From the NCBI GenBank assembly GCA_009103225.1, contig RHPI01000810.1:1123853-1187852 (forward strand): a DNA stretch of 64,000 bases, read 5' to 3'. Shown here piece by piece: positions 13,353 to 24,700 of the stretch (position 1 is its first letter; each line of letters opens with the position of its first letter). The notes under the pieces are model-generated. The model saw only the letters and a program-made list of their open reading frames with translations, was not told the DNA's origin and made no database searches. The translations under genes were made by a program, and so were the position numbers. The stretch is from Chlorokybus atmophyticus. Taxonomy: Eukaryota; Plantae; Mesostigma and Chlorokybus algae.

Positions 13353-14493
13353 CATACACTTGATTATGCGCATGTATATAAATTCTGTACAGATGCGAGT
13401 TAGGTATATGTATTGCATACCTTTGATACTCTACAAATCGCAATGTGACACTAAGCATGAGACTCATACAAAAAAGTTGTGCACATAACACGTTGTTGGG
13501 GTGTATGTGCCTTCTGCTAATGCTTGCCTACCGGAGACATTTTGCATTAATAGGTATCTACATTTTAAGACTATACAAATGCTCTCGCATAGGTGCTAGA
13601 TTATAGCTCTACAAGCTTACAGCTCTCGCGTAGGTGCTAAGTATAAGTAATGTGGTATTGTGTGGCTTGCAGTAATATAAGGTCTCAATCCTCACATCCT
13701 CACCAACATCATGACACAAATCTGATGGCGTCAGATAATAATCAAATGAAGAATTATGAAACTTATTTTAATTATTGGCGTGAATGTAACACGATATTAC
13801 GGACTGTATCCTCAACGATTGCAAATTAGCAATCAGTGCATGATTGTAAATGTCACGGACACCTTTTTACAAGTCAAAGTTCTCTCGTTAAGGCAAGTTC
13901 GATACATATTATGTTATATGCACGTTGTAAAATGGGAACGCTCCAATGTGTTTAAATAGTTGTTTATATGCGTGACGGTCTTTTGCAACATGTAAAATTA
14001 TGTTATTGAGCTGGTGTTGAGGCTGCAATATGTTATCACGTGCATCGAGTATGCACTTATGCCATTTTCAAAGCAATATGGATGCAGATCAGACACATCT
14101 TGATTATGATCAAACATGAAATGCGTATAAATTGATCGAGTGCTTCAACATGGATTTCTTTCTTTGGATTCATTTACTTTCACAGTGTTGAGGGTTGTAC
14201 AGCCTGATCTCGATAAGCATACCACATCATGACCATTGCAGCCAGGCCTCAGAAGGATATGAATCAATGCAGCCAGTGTCCAGCAGATCATTGAGATACG
14301 CCCTTGTGATGACCCTGCCACGTGTCCTGTCAACTCTAGACGGCCCCAAACCCTCACCCTGGCCGTCACTGGTTGGCAGCGTCCGGTGCGGTGGCGGCGG
14401 CGGCGGTGTCGTTGACGGTGTGGGCGGTATTGTCGGTGTTGCAACAGGTAACCTTATTGAGGTCTACAAGGGCGGGGGTAATTTGCCGCAGCC

Positions 14494-15348
14494 ATGGCGC
14501 TTGAGGCGTACCTGGCGCTGGTAGGGTTGATGGTGGAGTTCGTGGCGTTGGGGGTGCTGTCGGCGCCGGCGCCGGCGCCGCTGCGGCGGCGGCTGATCCA
14601 ATGGACGGGGTCGTTGCTTCGCATGTTTGCCGCCGTCCTACCCTTCGTCTTCTTCCTCCTGGCTGACGCCGTCCTCAAGTACGAGAGGGGCCCTGGCCTC
14701 TCCGGCAAGGACCCCTCACCCGCCGCCGCTGGACCCTACGCCATGAACCCTGATCGCGTCGCACAGAAAACGTACAAGGCGCAGCGTAACATTCTACTCT
14801 ATGGTGGCATCCTCGGCATGTACTGGTAAGTTGCACAACACAGCCTATTACCTCAGTCAAGCATGTGCGTTGTCAAGACAGCCATCCACACAATTGCTTC
14901 CGATGCCCATCGTGGATTTGGTGCTGATTGTGGTAATCAGAGCTTACATTTTGATCGCAGGGTGCATTGTGACAAAAATTACATCATATCTCCATGCATA
15001 TGCTGCCATCGTACGCTGCTTCATCAACATTGCATGCAAGCATTCCCATCCACTGAGATCACAGTTCTCGTAGTTTATCGTGCAATCGTTATATTTTCTT
15101 CTGTATGGAGCATGCAGTGTCTCATGCATTCTGTGCTGTCCAGGCTGTTGTACAGGTACCGCGCCACTCTCATCAAGCTGGACGAGCTTGCCATGGAGTT
15201 GAAGCATGTGCAAACCACGCAGCTGCATGCCGAGGCCCCAGACGCAGCGCCCATTTCACCACCCAATGCAAAGCTGCCAGAGATGCCTTCAGCACCGCCT
15301 GCACTGGAAGAAACTGTGCCTCTGACCAGCAAGCCCAAGACTCTGTGA
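14494..15348 (+). CDS. BAP31: BAP29/BAP31-like ER membrane protein; exons 14494-14825 and 15144-15348
   Basis: Three hydrophobic helices, YKAQRNILLYG motif, C-terminal coiled coil and terminal KPKTL (KxKxx ER-retrieval signal). The phase-2 GT-AG intron gives an open frame. Confidence 0.8.
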
Positions 15349-15998
15349 GTGCGGGTTGTGAACGTTGGCGACTGCGCAAGCAGCGAGTGAACACGCACAC
15401 GACATGGGTGCTGTGCGCTTTGCTTATGCACGGAAGGTTTAGCGTTGATTGTAAGCGTTGGATTGTGTGCACATTTCATCTTGTACAAAGTGTCTTTTCA
15501 AGTTGCCTTCAGGCTCGGGTTATCTACCTGTCGTTCTTCTGTTGTGCTTCTGCCCCCATGACGTGATCACCTTCCACAGTGGCAGTGTATGCACGTGCAT
15601 GGGAAGGTGATGGTCATGGCGATTGTCTTTGATTTCTTGCTGGTGAACAGCTTGCTATTGTAGCGCAGGTTCCAGTGTGACTGCGCCACGTACGAATGAA
15701 GGCATATGTTGCACATAGGTTTTCATTCCAATGGTATGACACGACAATGCATGCATGCCTCACTCAGTCTCTATTGGCAGATAACTCATAATCCCGTGTG
15801 TCTGTGCAAAATTTATGGTCAGCAGCAGGAATTGGAATCTGCACATCACAATTAGGTAGCACAATTTGTGGATTCAATACAGATAGGTTATGTTCGTATG
15901 AGAGTACATCAGGAATGCAGCAGCCATGCATGCCGCATGCACAGCTCTATGTATTGAATGTATACAAAGCTGTGACTGTGTACCACCATGCCCCCTCC

Positions 15999-16068
15999 AC
16001 GCATGCCATGCATGGACCGGTGGGTGGGTGGGAACACAGCAATGGTCAATTACCATACAACATCGACG
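15999..16068 (+). repeat. 70-bp dispersed repeat, copy 2, ending at a single N (16069)
   Basis: Identical to 10808-10877. Confidence 0.9.
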
Positions 16069-16319
16069 NTGCAACTGGACGAATTGACCCCCCCCCGCCC
16101 TCCACCCTATACATGTGATAGAGATGTGGACCTCCCTCCTCCCCCCTAGGTACAACCCGCTTCCATTGTACAAATTAACAAATGTAGTCGGTACATGCAG
16201 CTCAGTATCCCTCCATCACACTAACCAGATCGCATGCATACTGCTTGTTTCACACCATGCATGCTAGCACAACAGCATACCCTTTGGTATACTACACACA
16301 CACAATACGCCACAATCCA

Positions 16320-17075
16320 CAGCTTCCAGCAATTGCCTATGCCCTTCATCTGAAGTCAGCAAGGTTGTCTGGCACCTTTTTTGGGACAGTGCTGCGCGTA
16401 CGCTTGGGGCTACCTCACCCATTGTTGGCGGGCGTGACGCACTACATTTGCGGGGCATCACTGCAGCAGGAGGGCACTCACCTGCTTCGCTTTGGCGTGG
16501 CCGAGGGCGTACCGCCACACACGATGCAGTGCGTGACGAGATGTACGCGCTGCTGACGGAGGCGGGCTTGGTTTCATGCCCATTCGCGCTGGAGAGGTAT
16601 ACGTACCTTCAGCGCGGATGGGCATGAAACTCGGTGCAGGGCAGACGGCTAGACCTGGTGGCATCCGAGCTTGGATGGGACCGAAAGCTGCTAATGGACG
16701 TCACTGTATCGGCGGTTGGGGATTGAGCCGGTGCGGCTGTCAAGATGGCGGAAGTGGCGAAGCGTCGTAAGTATGGTAACCACCCGCCGGGAGACACATT
16801 CTACCAAGTTGCGATGGAGACACAGGAGACGCTGAGAGAAGACTTTCAGCACGTGCTGCAGTTGTGTGCGCCCCACATTGCCACAGCGTGCGGAGGGAAG
16901 CCACGGCGTCTGGAGGGATGCATCTGCATTTGCCGTCCGTGCGTGGCTTGCGCCTTACAGCGCGGCGCAGGTGGTAGCGATATTGAAGCGGGGAGCTGCG
17001 GCGGTGGTTGCGGTACCGGGATGGGGTCTTGTGGCTAAGGCCCTCCGAATACTAAGGCGGACGCGGCGCTTGATT
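16320..17075 (+). mobile_element. Degenerate 3' part of a CRE-like non-LTR retrotransposon (zinc-knuckle region + restriction-like endonuclease)
   Basis: Across frameshifts: LRVRLGLPHP..ICG..HLL..THDAVRDEMYALLTEAG..QGRRLDLV..DVTV..GAAVKMAEVAKRRKYGNHPPGDTF..MET..VACALQRG. Confidence 0.75.
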
Positions 17076-17904
17076 TGCATGCCAGTGTACGACATATAGG
17101 ATGCAACATCCTATATGTCAAGATTATGGCATGCACGTGAGTGTGAGGCATGCAACACAAAGCACACATAAGAACACTCACATTCACCACCGGGTGTTCC
17201 ACCTAGTCACTACCTACTTAGCCCAACCCCCATCAGAGAGGCAGGCATGCAGGCACACATCATTATGATGATCACCTGTATCACGGCCGTTGTGTGTGTG
17301 TAGGTTAATGTGTTGGTTGTGTTCGGTTGGGCATGGTGGCAGTTAGGTATGGTGGTAGCAGTGATATCGAACGCTTGCATGTCAATGATAATAGAGCAGT
17401 AGTCTCAAGCTGCATGCACTGCATGGCATGCAGTACGTGCCCTCACCATTATCCCATTGTCAGCGCCACGTCCGCCACCAGAAGTAGCGTGGTTGCCTTT
17501 TTTGCATTGCTGCCTGACGTTATGACTGCCTTGGTGTTGTGTGTATGTGTTGATGATAGGTATGGGCGCAGACGGTTTGCCACGTGCTTTCATTCAAATA
17601 TTAATATTTAAGAGCTCATGGTTGGCAGGATTGTCCACATCAGCGCCCCATCCGACATCGCAGCCACTGCCATAGCTCTTTTCCCAATGATAGTAGGCGG
17701 TTGGGCACTGCTTGGCAAAGGTTACACGCTAACGGGCCAGCTGCAAGAAGCTCTCTCGCCGACGTTGCATAGTACTCTGCGCAGCCCCCAATTCTCACGC
17801 ACCGTCGTGGGAGGCGCTGGAAGTCCTCTCAAGCGATTATGGGACTCCATCGTGAGTGGGTAGACCGTTACACCGTTGTTACATGTCACGCCATCGTGAG
17901 AGCG

Positions 17905-18045
17905 GGTGTCGTGTGCTCCATAGCGAGCGCATGCGTGGGCAATGCTATAGCGCGGAGAAACGGCGGAGGCGATGCCCGGTTGGGGACCCTTGCACGCGGT
18001 GCTGCTCATGACGGAGGAAGCCGTGGCATTGTATGGGGGTAGTGT
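17905..18045 (+). mobile_element. Short 3'-terminal fragment of the same CRE-like family
   Basis: RVSCAP*RAHAWAML..AMPGWGPL..aligns with RVSCTLQRAQGITIL..AVPGWGPV of the 39.4-40.0 kb copy. Confidence 0.6.
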
Positions 18046-18129
18046 AGCAAAGTCGCTGACCGGTGTAGCGTGTGTTGTTGTTGCGGTATGTATGGTTAGG
18101 TATGGTAGGTATGGTAGGTAATGACAATC

Positions 18130-18420
18130 AAACACTTGCATATGTATCTCAATAGAAAGGGACCTAAAAACCTATCACATGCCGGGTGGTCATTGTACTT
18201 ACGGCGCTTTGCCAACTGTGCCGCTCGTGCTGCCGCCTCCTCGAGCGCGCCACACACCATCATGTCTAGCAGCAAGCGAGCGTCACGACTGTGCTCCCAA
18301 TGCCACCACGTCCTCCCCATGACTGCCCCTATCGCATGCAATGTTGGCGCTTCTCCTGTTGTAACGACATCCACAAGAGGCTGCCAGCAAGGGTTGGTGC
18401 AGCTGATGCACGTGTCCTAG
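18130..18420 (-). mobile_element. CRE-like RLE fragment in reverse orientation
   Basis: RDARLLLDMMV..AAARAAQLAKRRKYNDHPACDRF aligns with RDTRMLLDVTI..GAAKAAEQAKRRKYHDHPAADTF. Confidence 0.7.
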
Positions 18421-18704
18421 TGCTGCTGTGTGGCTTGACCAAACACTCCTCGACACACAGTCAGACACAGGCGTTGCATTGTACCATCTACTCTTCCTGT
18501 CCCTTTTGGGAAATGACATCCCATGGAGAGCCACAGTCATGCCAGGTTCCTTCATCTGTCCAATGAAGGCGGTTTAACACTCTGCTGAGCCATGTACGCT
18601 GTTGAATTGCGCTTGGATTCATGCACAGAATGGCATCAGACAAGCATAGAGCAGTAGACCATTGGGCTAATATTCGTGAGCTAACATTAATAATGGAGAC
18701 CTAA

Positions 18705-21700
18705 CTATCCAGTATCATCAACGGCAGCAAACGGTCTAGGCAATGGCACTAGTGCGTGCTGTTTGGGCGGCTTTATTCGAGGTGCTTGATCAGCGTCGTG
18801 CGGGGCAGAGGGCGGTCTTGAAGTGGTGTGCGCGTGCGCGTGCAGTGTGGTGCTGGTGTTGCCGGTACTAGTTGTATCAGCAACATCAAATGCCGTATCG
18901 TGCTCGAGAGAGTGCCTGCTGTTGCCGTCCAGTCCACCCCTGTTACTGTTTCTACTACCTACTGTGTTCTCCCTGAAAGGTGGAGATGCAGCGCCCGACA
19001 GAGTCTTAGGCGTGTCCGGCGAGTCTAGCGGGTGATTGGCGGCGTGCCCACGTGCAGCAGAAGAGACCCGCGTGATCGGCGGGAGCGGTGATGAAGTAGA
19101 AGGAGTGGACTCCAGCGACGCGGCCGCGCGCAGTTTAAACTCTGCCTCGTCTCCGTTGTCGTCCACGCCGCCAACAACATCACCTCCAACATCATCATCA
19201 TCGCCAACATCAACCAATGCCCTCCCCGCGGGTTTGCTGCGCTGCGGGTCGAAGAGTGTCACAGGTGATCCCACGTGAACTAACGGGGCACCTGGCAAGG
19301 ACACAACAGGTTCTCCTGCAGAGACGGGATCAGTTGGGCCCAAAACGCCCTCAGGGTCCCCGCCGTGTTGAGACGCGCTAATGCTGTTGTTGTTGTTGGG
19401 TCCAGTCTTGCGCTTGACCTCCTGCGCGCTGGACAGCAGGTCGATGATGTGGTTGGCGATGCGCGTGGCCTGCTCTTTGCGCTGCTGCTTCACGTCGGAC
19501 TCGCTGCGCAGACGCTTCCTCTCAAGGTGGCCGCGGATGGCCGCCTGCACGCACATCATGTGTATGTGTGTGCGCGCGTGCGCGAGCGCATGCGTGCGTG
19601 CGTGTCCAACATACACAGCACAGAGTTGTTAGTGTACTTTGGAAAGCGCCTGCAGCACAACACAGAATGCAAGCCTCCCCATTGAACTTGCTCTAAACCG
19701 GTCAATAGACTGATTGCGCAGCATGAGCACCTGTATGAGAGCGGCGCTGTAGGCGTGTGCAATAGGCACATCCTCCTCTTCCTTGCCATCGGGCGATTGC
19801 GCCGGCGGCCTCATCTCTTTCGACTTGCGCCGCATCGACAAACGGTGCCGAAACGACTTTGCAATCTGCGTCAACATCTGCTGCCGCTGCACCCACCTGT
19901 AGAAAAAGGTCACCAACTAAGTGAGGAAGTTCGTGCAGCATACACGCACAATACATGTGGACACGCGCACTGTCGACTTGTTATGAATTCCACAACAACA
20001 CGTGTCAACTTACTTGTCGACGGCCTCGCGCCTCTTCTCTCTGAGCTCTTTGCTCATCTCCTGTCTGAAGCTCGCGGGGAGCTCCTCCACCTTCACGCCC
20101 ATGGCGTGTCTGGTAAGCACCTGCAGGTTGGGGGTGAGGATGATTGACACAACGAGTTGGGTGCTCAGTTTGTTGCAAACAACATTGGTTTTGGGTATAA
20201 GTGACTCACCTGCAGGACGTCCTGATAGCAGAGGTATCCGCCCTGCTGAGGGATAACAAGCTCCGAGGCGAATTTCACAAAGTCCCTTCGAGTTATTGTG
20301 CGCCCGCGAAGACCTGACAAAGGCAACACAGTTGAGCTTACAAAGCATGTGTGCTTGCACTCATGTGGAACACAACATAGTGGTACTTATACAAGACACA
20401 CACCTAAGGGAGGAGGGAGCTTGCGCACGAGCGTCTCGAAGCGATTCACCGGGATGAAGTTTGTGCCTTTCGGGTCGAGTGTTTGCCACGCCTCCGTGAA
20501 CAGCTCCACATGCTCAAAGGTCACCTGCCAACATGAGACAAGCACATGTGTGCACATGCGTCACACATGCATGAGTGTTACATAGACGGATGATGAACAT
20601 GTGGGTACCTGTTTCTCGTCGTCTGCGCGTGAGATGGAGAAGTTCTCGAGCACGACGGCCACGAGTAGGTTGAGCATGATGAACGAGCCGGCGATGTAGA
20701 ACGTGACGAACAGGAGTGGCGCGTACTTGGTCCCGCACGTCTGCACCTCGGGATCGCACATGTCCGGGGTGGGGTACATGCAGTCGTACATGATGTCGTT
20801 CCAACCCTCGCCCGTGCTCATGCGAAGCAACGTCAACATGGAGATGCCGATGTTCTTGAAGTTGGCATGAGGGCCGATCTCTGTACCGCTCACCACACTA
20901 CCACAAGCCTGCGTGACAGCCACATGAGCGTGCGTGTACAGAAAATGCGCGACAGGTATGCACATGCACGACACATGCAATGGACCCAGCATGATGTCAA
21001 CCAGTTCACACTGTTCATGTAGACCGTGTGTGTGTGCGCGCTTGTGTGCGAGCAGTTGACTTGCAACTGGACGAATTGACAGCCTGCATTGCAACTACTT
21101 ATGCGCGTGTGTGTGACGAACTGACTAGAATACTGTTTGATCGCATTGCCACGCACCTGCATGCTGAGCACCGCATACACGAAGAAGAGTAGCAGTAGGA
21201 GCATCGACACGTTGAGTAGTGTTGGAAGTGAGACGATGAGCGTGACGAAGAGCATGTGGAGTCCCTTCAGTCTCAGGATGCGGCACAACCGTATCACGCG
21301 GAAGAGTCTCAGCACAGTCACAACAGCAGAATGGGGCACGAGTGCTTGCCCGATCAACGCGCCGACCGACACAACAAGATCAAACACGTTGGTCGCCTCC
21401 CGGAAGAAAGCCGCCGGGTAGTACGCGTACAACCGCGTGACGGCTTCAATGACAAATACAACAGCGAAGCCTAGATTGATGCGCTCGAGCGTATTGCTCC
21501 ATTTAGTTGGCTCGTTGTAGTAGTGTAGACACATAACCACCGTGTTGCACACAACGAGCCCAATCATGGCGTTCTCGCAGTGAGACCCAACCATAAACTT
21601 GTATAAACGTTTTCTGAATGCACCGCGTGGCCGCTTCATGACAGCGTGTGGCTTGAATCGGAGGGCCTTTCGGTACATTTCCACCCACGCTTTTTGCTCG

Positions 21701-24700
21701 GGTGTGAGAAACACGCTCCCGTTGGTGCTGTTTTGTCTCAAGGCTGAGAAGTTGTTGATGATGATGCCCACGAACACGTTCACAAGGAAGAAGCAGCTGA
21801 ACACCATGAACACGACAAAGTAGAGAGCCACAACTATGTGGGCGTCACGCCTCGGGGAACGCGCCACGCCGACCGCATCGATACCATTATACATAACGTC
21901 AGTCCATCCCTCTGTTGTGGACATTTGATATAGCGTAAGCATCGTCGAGCCGATGTTGTTGAAGTGGGCACGCGGTTGCACCCATTCTCTCCCCGGCCCA
22001 ACGCAAAGAGCCTCATATTCCACGCTCTCATCGGTGCAATAGAAAAACTTGCCCATGAAGAGCTGCATGCCGAATATGGCGAATATGAGCCATATGACGA
22101 GCGACACAAAGAGGACGTGTGCGAGGGCGGGTAGCGAGTGGAACAACGCGCTCGTGATGAGTCTCAATTCGGGCACGAGGTTGATCACGCGGATGGGTCG
22201 AAGGACACGAATGAGTCGAAAAGCCCGCGAAGAGCTCCCTTTGAAGCCCGAGAGCACGAGACTCGTCACGGATAGCAACACGATGGTGAAGTCCAACATG
22301 TCCCACGGTTCGCGCAAATAAGCCCCTTTGTTGCGCACGAGTCCCATCGCGATGATCTTGAAAACACACTCCAACGCGAAGAAGATCGTCACACCAATGT
22401 CCATGTATCGGAGTATGTCGTACGAGTTGCCGTTGCGCACAACAGCGGGAGTCTCGTACGCCAACATACCACAACAGACCAACACGACCGCGAGGACCGC
22501 GAGCTCAAAGCGCTTGTCGTCCACTATATCAAACACCGTGCGTCTGAACTTCCCGTCGACGGGAAACAACTTACAACTTCTACCCTCGTAACACTCCAAC
22601 CGCACACTCATCATCCCTTTCCAATGTTGCCGGCCACTCCACCCAAGCAATGCCGGTGATGGCTCTTTATGTTGGGGTGTTGTGGGCGAGTTGGGTGGGG
22701 CTTGCTTACCCGAGGGCATTGGTGACATTGCTGCTGCTGTTGTTGTTGTTGTCTTGATTTGCTGCAGGCTACTGTTGGGTGTTTGGTCCACGCTGTTGTT
22801 GAGACTGTTGTTGGACTTGCCTCCTTCTTCCTTGCGTTTTGAAGTCATTGAGAACCTTCTCAATGTTTGCGAGGGGAGTCTTCCCGTCACGGAGGCCGCG
22901 CGATGGACAGCTGTCGTTAGCACGGACTTCATGCGTGTCCATGTTGGCGAGGACGGCGAGCTTTGAGATGGATCCTCGGCGGCAAAGTTGGAGAGAAGTA
23001 TCGCGATGAACAGGTTGAGAATCAACCAGTTGCCGAGGGCGACGAGACTCACAAAGTAGATGGCCACGCCTCGACCCGCGGCACGCATCCCGTCGTGCAT
23101 CACAGCATCCTGAATTGGGAAAGGGAGTTTGTATAAAGCGTATGAATGAGTGCATGTGTGTGCATGTGCATGTGCATGTGTGCGTGTGCGTGTGCGTGTG
23201 CGCGTGTGCGTATGCGTGCGTGTGCGCATGTGTGGGTGTAAAGCGTTAACAAGGAGCATGTGTCTGCCACACAAACACACACATACCCAGTTGTCGCTGG
23301 TAAGTATCTGGAACACGGTGATGGACGCCCAGAAAAAGGTGTCAAAGTTGTGTCGGGGAAGCCCTTCGGGAAAGTTCATCTTGCCGCCAAAGAGCTGCAT
23401 GCCCAACAGCGCGTACACAAAGAGCAGGATGATGACAATGAGGGTGAGGTTGCCAAGCTCCAACACAGCGTTCCACAAGTTCATCAGAAACTTCTGCAGG
23501 GAAGGCCACTGCCTCATGAGCTTCATGAAGCGAAGCACACGCAACACACGCAGCGAGGTGAGAGACCCGTGCGATGCGAGGGCGAGCTCGATGAAGCTTG
23601 TTACAACCACAAGTCCGTCAAACACGTGGAACTTGTCGCGCAAGTACTCGCGGAAACCCAACGCGAGGAGCTTGATGGCCATCTCGATCGCAAAGAGCAC
23701 GGTGAGGGTGAGGTTGATGTTGTTCAGCGCATCCGAATAGGCCTTTGGCATGCCATAATAAGCCATGCTGAGGGAGATTGCGTTGAGCAACACGCCGCCC
23801 ATGATCATCGGCGAGAACAACGGGCTGTCATCAATGGTTTTACACACCCTCCTCAACTCATGAAACCACTTTGCCACGCGCTTGCGTACGAACAACGCAC
23901 ACGAGGACAAAGTCCTCTTGGTTCTGTTGTGGCGAGAGTAACCGTAGCTGTTGCTCACGTCGGCCCCGAGCTCTTTCTCCAACTCAGCCTGCTCGGCAGC
24001 AAAGTCCTCCTGTCTGATACGCTCGATCTCACGCAACGCATGGTCACGCTTCTCAGCAGCAGCCTTCTGCTCCTGCAACATGCGCTGGATGTGCGCCGCT
24101 TGCCTTTGCGTCTTGAACGTAAGCTCGTAAACCTGCACGAGACATCACGTACACGTGCGTGTCCAACTCACGAAACGCACAAACAGCATGCACATGGACC
24201 ACGACAGCAACATTTGTGCATGTTATCATGTAAAGGATACACACCTCAACTTGAGAACGCACATACAAGCAGTATGTACATATCAAGGACAACAACAACA
24301 CCTGTACCTATTACCATGTGCACGCATGCATGCCTGCATGCGTGGTGTGAAGACACACCTCATAGATGACGGCGAGAGCGAGGTTGACAAGAAAAAACCC
24401 TCCGATGAACACGAGGAACAGGAAGTAAATAAAGGCCCACCCGCTTGTACCGTCTTGGCACTCGTACATAATGCCAGACCACCCTTGCAGAGTGAACACC
24501 TGTCCATGGCACAACAGTCAGTAATGTACACATCTGCACCTCGCGTGGCCGGCATTTGTTGATGTGTACCTGAAATAGGTTCAAGCTGGCGTACAGCATG
24601 TTGTCAAAATTAACGGCACCAGATTCGGGGTTCGCGTAAGGGAGGCAAACCTGTGAGTGCATCACAACGGGTATCAACATAAAAACAACAAGCATTTGCT

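Noticed and set aside
12502-13491. Long ORFs in the track across the gaps (also 3855-4533)
   Set aside because: They are open only because of N runs and (AT)n microsatellites.
23260-24369. 369-aa plus-strand ORF (and other long antisense ORFs over the channel, beta-amylase and MFAP1)
   Set aside because: Antisense shadows of GC-rich coding exons, with no recognisable motifs.
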